From an uncultured Gammaproteobacteria bacterium (GTDB taxonomy: Bacteria; Patescibacteriota; Patescibacteriia; Veblenbacterales; UBA10138): a stretch of DNA of 63,998 nt. The translations under genes and the position numbers were made by a program. Positions 45,825 to 55,343 of the stretch are shown in pieces; the first letter of the stretch is position 1; every line of letters begins with the position of its first letter. The notes under the pieces were generated by a model. It saw only the letters and a list, made by a program, of their open reading frames with translations. It was not told the DNA's origin and searched no databases. The stretch covers positions 1 to 63,998 of the forward strand of contig CAYGDX010000005.1 in NCBI GenBank assembly GCA_964348825.1. Direction: 5' to 3'.

Positions 45825-46715
45825 ATGATGATTGTGGCCGTTTATGGATTACCTGCTGATGTTGAAGAGAATAAAGGCAGGAATGTTAATCTTTATGTTC
45901 CGGGCAAAACAAAGTTAACTGCACAAGATGTTTTTTTAGGTGGTCCCGGAACTGGTGTAGATGACACTATGCTTAATGGTGCAACTCGCGTGTTCGGAAA
46001 CGACAGAAAAGGTACAGCCATGGCATTGAATGAGTACAGCAATGACCTTGCATCTCAAATCAAATCTGCCATAGCCACGAATGCCGCACCGAGGGCTGAC
46101 GCAAATATCGGGATGCCCACTATGGCGAGGCAAAAGATGGAAATAGACCAAGCTCAAAATGCTATTGATAACCCAATGAAAGCGGCGGCGTTGACAGGTA
46201 GATTCAATAATGAGGATACTTTAGCTCAAAGGACATTCAACCATAACGTAGGGCAGGATGCTTTTTCGAATGAGTATAATGTCGGGAATCTGATGGGTGA
46301 GTATCAAGGGAAGCCTACGTTATCGAGAGTGACCCTGGATACTAATTCCGCTATGGATAGGGCGCAGTTGGCGGCGAGTATTGCTAAGGCGAGTAGTAGT
46401 GCAACTAAGGCAAGTACACCCAAACCAACAGAAGGCGATAGAATTGCTAGTGCCACTGGACAAGCTCAAACTTATCTCAGCAAGTGGGCGGCTGGCGAAG
46501 CCATGGATGACGAAGGGAATTTATTACCGAAACCCTCTAAGGATGAGATTTTGAAATGGATAGACGCTAAATCGGGAGAGTTAACCTCTCAAAGAGTTAA
46601 TACCTCTACGCTTAAAGAGTGGGCAGACGATGTGCAATGGCCCGAGCGTGAGTCCGAGGCCGAACCTGCTCCATATAAAAAGACTTTAGATGATTGGTTG
46701 CCTTGGAAGTGGTAA
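45825..46715 (+). CDS. Putative internal virion protein
   Basis: 296-aa ORF in the structural operon. Confidence 0.5.
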   Translation: MMIVAVYGLPADVEENKGRNVNLYVPGKTKLTAQDVFLGGPGTGVDDTMLNGATRVFGNDRKGTAMALNEYSNDLASQIKSAIATNAAPRADANIGMPTMARQKMEIDQAQNAIDNPMKAAALTGRFNNEDTLAQRTFNHNVGQDAFSNEYNVGNLMGEYQGKPTLSRVTLDTNSAMDRAQLAASIAKASSSATKASTPKPTEGDRIASATGQAQTYLSKWAAGEAMDDEGNLLPKPSKDEILKWIDAKSGELTSQRVNTSTLKEWADDVQWPERESEAEPAPYKKTLDDWLPWKW

Positions 46716-46734
46716 GAATTGAGGTGATGTTTAG

Positions 46735-49700
46735 ATGAGCTTATACGGGCGAACCTTTGACCGTGGAGATGATGACGAAGAACAACAAAATAAGAAACCG
46801 AATGGCGGCAGTAATCTCTATGGGCAAACATTTAATCCTAAATTTGTTGCCAAAGCAAAGGAATCCAAGCCACTTGAAGTAAAATCCTCCAAACCGATTA
46901 TTGCACCGATTCCATCTGCAACTCAATTCCAAATGAGGCCATCGCACGAACCGATAATCGAACCAAAGAAAGCCTCTACATGGGAGCAAATCAAAGCAGG
47001 GGATATTAAGGGATTAGCAAAACAAGTCGGAATTGGATTATCCCAAGGTATATCGAAATTGGGTTCAGCAAAGCAAGATGTTGAATTTGCTAAGATAATG
47101 GCAGACAGCACCCTTCCGCGTATTGCAGAGAGGGGTAAGCAGAAGCGAGGGGAAATACAGGCTAACCAAGATTATCTAAAAGCTAATCCTGTCGATTCCC
47201 TCCCTGCTATGTTGGGCGAGGAACTCACTCGCATACCTTTGTGGATGGCTGGGGAAGGTGCTGTCGGTCTTGCAGGTAAGGGGTTAAGTAAACTCTCCCC
47301 TCGCCTTGGTGCAATTGGCGAGAAGGTCGGAAGTAAAGTTCCAGACTTTATCAAGGGTGGGTTGAAGGATGCTGCGGCTTATGGTTCGGTTGTCGCACCC
47401 ACTCAGAATATTCAAGAGGGAGGTAGTTTCCAAGACCTACTCGAAAAAGAAAAACAATTGCCGATGATTGCTTTAGGTGGAGTGGCGGCTAGGGGAGCGT
47501 TTAAGGGAGTAGGCAAGGGCATAGAGAAGACCAAAAGTGCAATCAAACCATTAGGCGTTCCTCCTGCTCCATTTGGACCACCGCGACCAACTTCATCCGT
47601 TCAACGTAGAAGCGGATTAGGGCCACTTAAAACGAATGACACTATTCCCCTTGAGGATGGATTAGGGTTAGCATCATCCATAAGGAAAGCTAGTATGGAG
47701 GCTAATCCACTTGATGATGTGCGGAATGCTTACAAGGCTCCATCAATCCGCGATGTAAAAACACAGAAGTATAACGAGCTATTTTCGAGTGATGCAAAAC
47801 CGTTAGCCACAGAGCAACGAATAAACATTAGGCAACCATTAGCGAGTCAAGGGATGACGGATGCTGAATTGCTTGCACAAAGAAAATCTGCTGCTCAAGA
47901 TGTTTTTGGCGATCCCTTAAAAACCTTTAAGAAAAACACTGATACCCAAAACACTATTGAAGAATTATCTGCCCAAATGGATAACCAACTTAAAGGCATC
48001 GAAACCATGATTAGGCAAGCTGATGAACAAACTCCAATCGGAACAATCCGTAAAAAGATTAAAGATATGGGCGGGATAAAGCAAGCTGATGACGGCATAT
48101 TCGAAGAGAGAAAAGTCATCCCGAATTGGATACGCAACGATAAGGGCGGTAGACCTTTAGATGAAGTCGCAGACACGTTGGGAATGAACTCAGATGAATT
48201 GCTAGTGGCCATAAGCGATTCGGCATATAAGCCAAGGAACTACGCCGCGGAAGCACAGGCACTTGCGAATAAGGATGCCGAGTATTTAGCGTTGGGTAAT
48301 ACGCTTGAGATGTTGAAGGGTGAGTTATCGGGTAAGAGGACGCTCGACTCATTGAAGAATAAGTCAATCCCCGTTAACGGAAGCCCGCAAACCGAATTAA
48401 TTCCTTATGCTCCAAAGCCGCAAAAACCACTTGCCGATTCATACGATGGATATCAAAAACTGATTGATGATGCAGACGATGTGCTGATTTCTAAGTACGG
48501 TGTGGATGATTGGTTAAAGATGGCCCAAGGCTTAGAAAGCAAAATTACCAAGTCTGAGGTATCTAGTTACAATTCCCTAGTAGATGTAAGAAATAAGATT
48601 TGGGAAGCAGAAAAAGCCGGAAATATTAAAAATGTTTCTGATGGGGTTGATTTTGGTAAATATGATAAAGGTAAAGAATGGGTAGCGGATAAACAAAGCG
48701 TCGACAACGCACTCAAGGAATTACAAGATGATGCTAATTGGTACTCCATCAACAAGGAGGAATACAATCCAACCGTTGAGCAAATAAAGGAGAGTCTATA
48801 CAACAAATTAATTCAGTCAACCGATGCACCGGAACAACTTTGGGGGGAGTATCGCCTAGCTCGTGAATTGGCAAGTGATTTTAATAATTCTCCACTAGGC
48901 AAAAGCACTAAGCCCTTAATGCAACAGATTGATGAAATAGTCGAGTCTATGCTTAACCCACGAGAAGAAGTTAAGTTATTGGGTTCCGTTAAGACCGAAA
49001 ATCCAATAAAGCCTTTAACCAAATCGGATATCAGACTCAAACCAAGAGAACTAAAGGGGCCTCAAAAAATCGAGTCAATACCAACGGAAAGGATTCTTCC
49101 TAAGCAAGAACCTTTGACTTGGACTAATCGGGAAGGGTTAGGTCCTTCGAGTAGTCCTGCTCCTATTCGCCCGATAGCTGAGCAAGGTGGATTGCCGAAT
49201 GGACGAATAGCTAATTCCGTTAGGCAGGAACCGATTAGGCCGATTGAAGCTACTACTGATATCGATATTCCTGTGGTTGGTGGTAGGGCTGATCTGAGTA
49301 ATGTTTTAGAAATACCAAGGACTAGAACGATGAATGCTATGATCGAAAGTCCTAATACTACTTTATCAAGTAGTCCATTGAGAAGTCCCGCTCCTATAAG
49401 GCCACAAATTCCAGCAGAATTGCCAGCTCCACAAAGTGATATTGTTATTGGCAGACCGAAGGAACCATTCAGCTTCAAGAAGGCGTGGGAAAAGTTTTAT
49501 ACCGGAGTAGTTGACACAACTAGCCCTACCGGAAAAGTTGATGAAACATTACGCATGAAAGCCTTGAATACAAAAAATGTCGGGGGTATAGTTGATTACA
49601 ATTTCCTAAAGGGCATGGTTGATAAGAGCGGGAACAAAATTGGAGAATCATTTAAGTCAACTGTGGAGGCAGTACCAAAGGGCAAGGAAAAGGAATTTTG

Positions 49701-51831
49701 GTCTTATATGTCCCAACGACACAATATCGACCGAGCTAGAGAGGGGAAACACGTTCAAGCGAATTACACTCCCGAAATGTCGGCAGATGCCGTTAAGATT
49801 GCAGAGCAAGCTAATCCTGAGTATAAGGCTATTGGCGATGGCATTGTAAAATGGATTGATGAGTTCATGCAAACATGGGGCGTTGATACAGGCATTGTCA
49901 ATAAAGAGCTTTACGGCAATCTTCGCCAAACCTACAAAAGCTATTTCCCAACTCAGAGAGATTTTAGCGAACTTGAGAAAGCTATCCCGGATAATGTAAG
50001 TCGGAAGTTTGCAGACCAAAGAACTCCGATTCGTAAAGCGACAGGTTCCGAGAGGGACATTATTGACCCTGTGGAAAACATCATGAATTTAGTTGACCGA
50101 ACAATTAGAACTGCCAAATATAATGAAGTTGGTCAGAGTTTGCTGGGATCAGTTAGACAAGCACCTGAAAAACTCAAACCTTTAGCTGAAGTTATTCAAA
50201 TCAAAGACGGAATGTTCTCCAACAAGGATAATATTATTACTGTTCTTGAAGATGGAAAACCTATTTACTTGCAGATTAATGATAAACGTTTCCTTGATGC
50301 AATAAACGGATTACCAAAGTCGATAGGCGAGATTCCAGTTCTCAGCACACTGACTAATGGATTCAAGCAATTGATTACACAGAGCAATCCTATCTTCGCC
50401 GTTCGTAACATTTTTCGGGATATTCCCACGGCGTATGTCTATGGAAGTGAAGCGAATCCTTTTAAGTTTGGTGCAGGGATTATCGGGGCCGGGAAGGATA
50501 TCGTAACCAACAGTCCGCGCTTACAGAAATATCAAGCTGTAGGTGGAGGTGGTGCGAACTTCTTTAGTGCTGGTGATATAACAAAGTCGGCTGCTGAATT
50601 AACAGGTAAGATTAACCCTATCAAAAAGGTTGTATCGGCTCCGATTAAGGCGATTCAAAAGTTCAACAATTTGACAGAAACTGCTCCAAGACTTGCGGAA
50701 TTCAACAGGGTGCTTGCGAAAACAGGGGATGTTAACAAGGCATTGTTTGCCGCTAATGATGTATCTGTCAACTTCTCGCGGGGTGGAAATATTACCAAAA
50801 ATGTGGATAAGGTTGTTCCTTACCTTAATGCCGGGGTTCAGGGGTTGGATAAATTCTTCAGAGGATTTAAAGACCCTAAAACGGCAATTCAAACAATTGT
50901 TAAGTCAGGCGTTGCAATCACTACGCCGACCATTGCTCTCTACCTAGTAAACAAGGATAATCCCAATTATCAAGCATTGGATAACAGGACGAAGGATGCC
51001 TATTATTTGGTCCCTAAAGAGAATGGCACATTCTTTAAAATTCCCAAGTCAAGAGAGTTGGGGGTATTATTCAGCTCATTACTACAAAGAGGTTTAAGGC
51101 AAGCCGAAGGTCAAGAGAATTCTTTCAAGGGATTCGGTAACACTGTAGCAACGAACTTCAGTCCAGCCAACCCGATTGATAGCAACTTTTTTGCTCCTGC
51201 CTTAGAGATTATTGGCAAGGGGGATAATAAGGACTTCGCTAATAGGCCGATAATTCCGCAGGCCATGCTCATGGATAAGCGTTCCGATTATCTTCAGTAT
51301 GACGAAAAGACTACAACGATTGCCAAAGCTATTGGGGAAATGACGAAGGGTATGCCTGGTAACGAGGATGGTATTTCTCCAAAACAATTAGATTATTTTA
51401 TTAAGTCATATAGTGGGGTAATCGGTCAATTTGGAATACCCTTGGCAACACCAGGAGGAAGTCCTAAGAAAGCTTTAACTTCTCAATTTGTGGCAGATCC
51501 CACTTTTAGTAATCAATCAACAACCGACTTCTATGATAAGCTCGATAAGCTTTCAGCATCGGCGGTAGACAAAAATATTACTCAGAAGATTCCTAGCAAA
51601 AAGCTCACGCCTGAAGAAGATATGAGAAATTCCATGAACGCCATAAGTTCATCAATAAGCAAAGGCACAAAAACAATTAATTCAATTCAAGCAAGCGAAG
51701 ATCCACTCAAAGAGAAAAAGATTAAGATAATCAAGGAACAACAACTCCAATTAATGAGGAAAGGTGTTTTGGCAAATACGCCTAAGATTATGCAAAAAGT
51801 AGAGACTGAGGCAAAGAAAATATTCAAATAA
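46735..51831 (+). CDS. Giant virion-associated protein (1698 aa), polyvalent/ejection-protein-like
   Basis: Uninterrupted 5.1-kb ORF. Gly-rich hydrophobic N-region. Repeated SPAPIRP linkers. Last structural gene. Confidence 0.8.
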   Translation: MSLYGRTFDRGDDDEEQQNKKPNGGSNLYGQTFNPKFVAKAKESKPLEVKSSKPIIAPIPSATQFQMRPSHEPIIEPKKASTWEQIKAGDIKGLAKQVGIGLSQGISKLGSAKQDVEFAKIMADSTLPRIAERGKQKRGEIQANQDYLKANPVDSLPAMLGEELTRIPLWMAGEGAVGLAGKGLSKLSPRLGAIGEKVGSKVPDFIKGGLKDAAAYGSVVAPTQNIQEGGSFQDLLEKEKQLPMIALGGVAARGAFKGVGKGIEKTKSAIKPLGVPPAPFGPPRPTSSVQRRSGLGPLKTNDTIPLEDGLGLASSIRKASMEANPLDDVRNAYKAPSIRDVKTQKYNELFSSDAKPLATEQRINIRQPLASQGMTDAELLAQRKSAAQDVFGDPLKTFKKNTDTQNTIEELSAQMDNQLKGIETMIRQADEQTPIGTIRKKIKDMGGIKQADDGIFEERKVIPNWIRNDKGGRPLDEVADTLGMNSDELLVAISDSAYKPRNYAAEAQALANKDAEYLALGNTLEMLKGELSGKRTLDSLKNKSIPVNGSPQTELIPYAPKPQKPLADSYDGYQKLIDDADDVLISKYGVDDWLKMAQGLESKITKSEVSSYNSLVDVRNKIWEAEKAGNIKNVSDGVDFGKYDKGKEWVADKQSVDNALKELQDDANWYSINKEEYNPTVEQIKESLYNKLIQSTDAPEQLWGEYRLARELASDFNNSPLGKSTKPLMQQIDEIVESMLNPREEVKLLGSVKTENPIKPLTKSDIRLKPRELKGPQKIESIPTERILPKQEPLTWTNREGLGPSSSPAPIRPIAEQGGLPNGRIANSVRQEPIRPIEATTDIDIPVVGGRADLSNVLEIPRTRTMNAMIESPNTTLSSSPLRSPAPIRPQIPAELPAPQSDIVIGRPKEPFSFKKAWEKFYTGVVDTTSPTGKVDETLRMKALNTKNVGGIVDYNFLKGMVDKSGNKIGESFKSTVEAVPKGKEKEFWSYMSQRHNIDRAREGKHVQANYTPEMSADAVKIAEQANPEYKAIGDGIVKWIDEFMQTWGVDTGIVNKELYGNLRQTYKSYFPTQRDFSELEKAIPDNVSRKFADQRTPIRKATGSERDIIDPVENIMNLVDRTIRTAKYNEVGQSLLGSVRQAPEKLKPLAEVIQIKDGMFSNKDNIITVLEDGKPIYLQINDKRFLDAINGLPKSIGEIPVLSTLTNGFKQLITQSNPIFAVRNIFRDIPTAYVYGSEANPFKFGAGIIGAGKDIVTNSPRLQKYQAVGGGGANFFSAGDITKSAAELTGKINPIKKVVSAPIKAIQKFNNLTETAPRLAEFNRVLAKTGDVNKALFAANDVSVNFSRGGNITKNVDKVVPYLNAGVQGLDKFFRGFKDPKTAIQTIVKSGVAITTPTIALYLVNKDNPNYQALDNRTKDAYYLVPKENGTFFKIPKSRELGVLFSSLLQRGLRQAEGQENSFKGFGNTVATNFSPANPIDSNFFAPALEIIGKGDNKDFANRPIIPQAMLMDKRSDYLQYDEKTTTIAKAIGEMTKGMPGNEDGISPKQLDYFIKSYSGVIGQFGIPLATPGGSPKKALTSQFVADPTFSNQSTTDFYDKLDKLSASAVDKNITQKIPSKKLTPEEDMRNSMNAISSSISKGTKTINSIQASEDPLKEKKIKIIKEQQLQLMRKGVLANTPKIMQKVETEAKKIFK

Positions 51832-51834
51832 AAA

Positions 51835-51856
51835 GAGCAGGATTAACTCCCTGCTC
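51835..51856. terminator. Bidirectional terminator hairpin
   Basis: GAGCAGG-N8-CCTGCTC between convergent genes. Confidence 0.6.
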
Positions 51857-52112
51857 ACTCTGCATAATAATTACGTTTCGGTATTGGTAGCCTCCTGTTT
51901 AATTCAGCTATAAGGCATTTGTTTGTGTAGATTATAATCAACGTGAAGATGATTTGAAGAAAAACAGCCGTTATCTCTCCTGGATAAAACCCAAAGTCCA
52001 TCAATATTCCAAAGACTAGATAAATTATGAAGGCAAACCCAATGAACATTATTACCTCTGTAGTTAGAATTACCCGTTCCCAAAACCTTCTTGATTTCTC
52101 AAAGTCAGTCAA
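51855..52112 (-). CDS. Small two-TM membrane protein
   Basis: TTG start 6 nt after GGAGGG. Two hydrophobic helices. Opposite strand to all neighbours. Confidence 0.6.
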   Translation of the reverse strand: MTDFEKSRRFWERVILTTEVIMFIGFAFIIYLVFGILMDFGFYPGEITAVFLQIIFTLIIIYTNKCLIAELNRRLPIPKRNYYAE

Positions 52113-52189
52113 CGAAATCCCTCCAATGTAAATTATTTCATTTTACCTATATTATCAGATATGCTAGACTATTAAAATCGGTGGATATA

Positions 52190-52296
52190 TAAATGTTTGC
52201 TTTGCAAGGCGACATTTACGAAAAAGCATTGCCCAATGCTTCCCCGGTCCGTATCGGGCAACCTATGGGCAGGGTGCATAGCTGGCACTCTAAGAA
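52190..52296 (+). promoter_or_regulatory. Structured leader upstream of the lysis operon
   Basis: Several local hairpins (AAGCATT-GCCC-AATGCTT, CTATG-N9-CATAG) before a terminator and the comEA-like SD. Confidence 0.4.
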
Positions 52297-52326
52297 GAAC
52301 ATCGAGAGATCGGTGTTCTTTTCTTA
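52297..52326 (+). terminator. Intrinsic terminator inside the lysis-operon leader
   Basis: 9-bp stem GAACATCGA / TCGGTGTTC (one G-U pair) followed by TTTTCTT, 25 nt before the start codon. Confidence 0.65.
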
Positions 52327-52350
52327 TTCCCATTTATAAGGGGGTGCACT

Positions 52351-52650
52351 ATGCCAACAGATTTAGAAAGGAAGAAAAACCCTAAAGATACTAAAACTCT
52401 CGTAACCATGCTTTTACTTATTGCAATAGTTTTACTCTCCTTCTTTCTCATGCACAATAGGGATTCTCCTAAGATTAATATCAACACTTCGAGCATTGAA
52501 GCATTGGAATCGTTGCCTAACATTGGCCCTGTTTTAGCGAGAAGGATAGTCCAAAACAGACCATATTCCGATGTCTGGGAATTAGATAAAATTAAGGGTA
52601 TAGGACCCGCTACCATCGAATCAATCAAAAGCAAAGTGATGGCCAAGTAA
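52351..52650 (+). CDS. ComEA-like helix-hairpin-helix DNA-binding membrane protein
   Basis: N-terminal TM, then NINTSSIEALESLPNIGPVLARRIV...LDKIKGIGPATIESIK (ComEA HhH signature). Confidence 0.8.
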   Translation: MPTDLERKKNPKDTKTLVTMLLLIAIVLLSFFLMHNRDSPKININTSSIEALESLPNIGPVLARRIVQNRPYSDVWELDKIKGIGPATIESIKSKVMAK

Positions 52651-52666
52651 TGGGTAGCGTGAAAGG

Positions 52667-53080
52667 ATGGAGAGAATGAAGGAGTTTAGTTTTAATGCCT
52701 TTTTTGCGGTATTAGGAACAACTGCAACAGCGTGTCTAGGGGGATTTGATGCTTCCCTAAAGGTCTTAATTGCCTTTATGGTGCTTGATTATGTAACGGG
52801 CTTTCTAGGGGCTGTCAGAGGCCATAAAGTGAACAGTGAGGTTATGTATTGGGGTGGCGTTAGAAAAGGGGTAATTCTGGCCGTATTAGTGATTTCTGTC
52901 CTTCTTGATGAAATGGTTGGCAATGCTGAACCTATTTTCAGAACACTTACTATTTATTTTTATATATCGAGAGAAGGAATATCGGTTACAGAGAATTTAG
53001 GGGTTTTGGGTGTGCCATTACCGCCTTTTATCTCAAAGGTACTTAGCCAATTAAATGAGAAGGGAGACGAAAACAAATGA
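52667..53080 (+). CDS. Holin (phage_holin_4_1 / TcdE-like family)
   Basis: MVLDYVTGFLGA...GVRKGVILAVLVISVLLDE...YISREGISVTENLGVLGVPLP. Confidence 0.9.
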   Translation: MERMKEFSFNAFFAVLGTTATACLGGFDASLKVLIAFMVLDYVTGFLGAVRGHKVNSEVMYWGGVRKGVILAVLVISVLLDEMVGNAEPIFRTLTIYFYISREGISVTENLGVLGVPLPPFISKVLSQLNEKGDENK

Positions 53081-53781
53081 GGGTGTGCATCGACCCAGGC
53101 CACAATAACACAGGAGCAGATACAGGCTCACAAGGCAATGGGCTAAACGAAGGAGCAGTAACTTTAGCCATTGCTTCAAGATTAAAGCCCTTACTCGAAC
53201 ATAATGGAATCGAAGTCGTAATGACTAGGGAAAGTGATTTCGTTAGTCCCTTTCCTAGATCGGTCATCGAATCCCTTCAAACTCGGGTAAACATTGCCAA
53301 TAATGCTAAAGTAGATTTATTCGTTTCAATTCATATCAACGCCGGTGGTGGAACTGGTGTAGAAGTTCTCATCATGGGTACTGGTGGCAGGGCAGAAATA
53401 GCCGCCAAAAAAGTCCTGCCCCATCTTGTAAAAGCAGGAAGTTGGGTTAATCGTGGAGTCAAAACTCAAAATGCTCACGTTCTCAGAGAAACTACAATGC
53501 CCGCAATCCTCACTGAAAATGGTTTCATCGATTCTGCATCTGATTCAGCTAAACTCAAAGGCTGTGATTTCCTCCAAACTCTAGCTGTAGCTCATGCAAA
53601 AGGAATTTGTGAATACTTTGGTCTGACTTATAAGGGAGAGGCTCAGAAGGTGGTTGTAGCTCCTGTGGTGGAGGATAAGGACATATATCTGTCTGTTAGG
53701 GTGAGAACATCAAAAGCAGATGCACTCGTAAAGCAGATTCAAGGCATGGGATATGCCACAAAGGTAATGGATTTAGCGTAA
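53077..53781 (+). CDS. N-acetylmuramoyl-L-alanine amidase endolysin (Amidase_3)
   Basis: VCIDPGHNNTGADTG...EVVMTRE...FVSIHINAGGGTGVEV. Confidence 0.9.
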   Translation: MRVCIDPGHNNTGADTGSQGNGLNEGAVTLAIASRLKPLLEHNGIEVVMTRESDFVSPFPRSVIESLQTRVNIANNAKVDLFVSIHINAGGGTGVEVLIMGTGGRAEIAAKKVLPHLVKAGSWVNRGVKTQNAHVLRETTMPAILTENGFIDSASDSAKLKGCDFLQTLAVAHAKGICEYFGLTYKGEAQKVVVAPVVEDKDIYLSVRVRTSKADALVKQIQGMGYATKVMDLA

Positions 53782-53797
53782 AGAAAGGAATGATTTT

Positions 53798-53971
53798 ATG
53801 AATATAGGAACTCGTAAGGCAATTGCGTTATCTATGGCTGGTGCATATATTTTATTCACTGCCTATGGAATGGTAATGGGTAAAGCTGTACCAGTTGAGT
53901 TTGTTGGAATTGTCGGGCCAATCATTGGCTATTACTTTGGGAAAAGTACAGCCCTTGAGCAACCTAAATAA
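53798..53971 (+). CDS. Small two-TM membrane protein (57 aa)
   Basis: Hand translated; GAAAGGAA SD; follows the endolysin. Confidence 0.5.
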   Translation: MNIGTRKAIALSMAGAYILFTAYGMVMGKAVPVEFVGIVGPIIGYYFGKSTALEQPK

Positions 53972-53981
53972 GTTTTCTCCT

Positions 53982-54015
53982 GCCCTCTGCCTTAATTGGT
54001 AGAGGGCTCCTTTTC
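53982..54015. terminator. Bidirectional terminator
   Basis: GCCCTCT-N12-AGAGGGC followed by TCCTTTT. Confidence 0.65.
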
Positions 54016-54245
54016 TATTTCACCCTAACAAACTGCCCAAGCACTCCCAAAGAAACAGCATCCCCACTCTTAAACACCGTCATAAAATACAAATCACTAA
54101 CACTTCCATTCTGAACATAAGCAGAATAATCGGATGGCTTTACATTCGTGTTAGCCATTATCACTAATACTAATGCTAATATCGCAAGAACCTTCTGCAT
54201 TTTAGTTAAAGTTACTGCTTTGAAATCTGAGATTATTTCGTCCAT
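54015..54245 (-). CDS. Small membrane or secreted protein
   Basis: 76 aa, central TM VLAILALVLVIMA, AAAGGAGG SD. Confidence 0.55.
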   Translation of the reverse strand: MDEIISDFKAVTLTKMQKVLAILALVLVIMANTNVKPSDYSAYVQNGSVSDLYFMTVFKSGDAVSLGVLGQFVRVK

Positions 54246-54314
54246 GTGATGGCCTCCTTTTGAGATATTAGGTTTATTATGTCCATATTCGTCAGGATTA
54301 GTCGTTATTTCTCG

Positions 54315-54352
54315 TGGACAAACTTACGTTAAAAGGTGTACAATTAACGTAA
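54315..54352 (+). promoter_or_regulatory. Promoter with inverted-repeat operator
   Basis: TGGACA, 18-nt spacer, TACAAT. Perfect 9-bp inverted repeat TTACGTTAA-N11-TTAACGTAA brackets the -10. Confidence 0.5.
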
Positions 54353-54371
54353 CACAAAAGGAGGTGTATTA

Positions 54372-54500
54372 GTGAAGAGGCTTGACTTGAGGGTTACTGA
54401 ACCACAGCATAAATGGTTAGAAAAAATGGCTGAGAAATTAGGTATTGGTAAGTCGGAATTTGTTCGTAGGATTTTGGATAAGGAGATGAAAAAGAAGTGA
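54372..54500 (+). CDS. Ribbon-helix-helix protein, MobC/CopG-like (42 aa)
   Basis: Hand-translated MKRLDLRVTEPQHKWLEKMAEKLGIGKSEFVRRILDKE; AAAGGAGG SD. Confidence 0.6.
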   Translation: MKRLDLRVTEPQHKWLEKMAEKLGIGKSEFVRRILDKEMKKK

Positions 54501-55327
54501 ATCCAATCTATGACTTACTTAGAGCAGATGGAAGTATTGTAATAAATAAGAATTTAATTATTTCTATCGGCCTAAATGAGTCTATTATGTTTTGCGAGTT
54601 ACTATCACGTTACTATTACTTTTTAGAAAGGAAACAACTACAGGATGACGGAAGTTTCTTTAATACAATCTTTGACTTATCTCTTGCAACAGGTTTAGCG
54701 GATAAGGCACAAAGGACAGCAATTACCAATCTTAAAAAACTAGGACTGCTTAGTGTAGATGTTAAGGGAATACCTGCTAAAAGATACTTCAAAGTTTGTG
54801 GTAGTCAAGAATTAATCGAGAGTTATCTTCGTAGTGGAGTTGAGAAAAAACAAAAATTGATTGATGAACATCGTGAAAACCCTTTAAATTCAACAGTTTT
54901 GCCAAAAGCAGAGACTTGCCATGCCCTACAGCCATTACTTGCTATTGCTGATGGGGGCCGTAATAATACAACCTATAATACTAATCCAATAATACAAAAT
55001 AATGATAATGGTACGAAGTCTGACGACATTCGTACGTCACTTTCTAAACCCTATACGGAAGGGGTTACTTATGTAGTAGATTATTATTTCAAGGCATATC
55101 GTCAATGTTTCGGAACAAGTCATGCAAGGTTAAAGGGCAAGCAAACAAAGACAGTTATGAGAAATATTAGCGACTTTATGGAAGAAAATATGTTAGATGA
55201 AGGAAACCTTGAAGCTATGATTGATAGGCACTTTGAGAGAAATCATCTCAATACTGATTACAATATCAACCACTTTGCCACAGAGGGAATATTAGCTAAT
55301 CTGATATTTGAGTCAGGGTTACATTAG
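54497..55327 (+). CDS. Second replication initiator-like protein (DnaD / RepA_N-like winged helix)
   Basis: N-terminal ...IMFCELLSRYYYFLERKQLQDDGSFFNTIFDL...TAITNLKKLGLL pattern. N/T-rich linker encoded by AT-rich repeats. Confidence 0.55.
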   Translation: MNPIYDLLRADGSIVINKNLIISIGLNESIMFCELLSRYYYFLERKQLQDDGSFFNTIFDLSLATGLADKAQRTAITNLKKLGLLSVDVKGIPAKRYFKVCGSQELIESYLRSGVEKKQKLIDEHRENPLNSTVLPKAETCHALQPLLAIADGGRNNTTYNTNPIIQNNDNGTKSDDIRTSLSKPYTEGVTYVVDYYFKAYRQCFGTSHARLKGKQTKTVMRNISDFMEENMLDEGNLEAMIDRHFERNHLNTDYNINHFATEGILANLIFESGLH

Positions 55328-55343
55328 AAGGAGAGGAATTATT

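Noticed and set aside
46735-51831. Tape measure protein
   Set aside because: The gene lies after the tail fibre rather than before baseplate genes. No major tail, tube, sheath or chaperone-frameshift genes are present. This remains an inference that a homology search could overturn.
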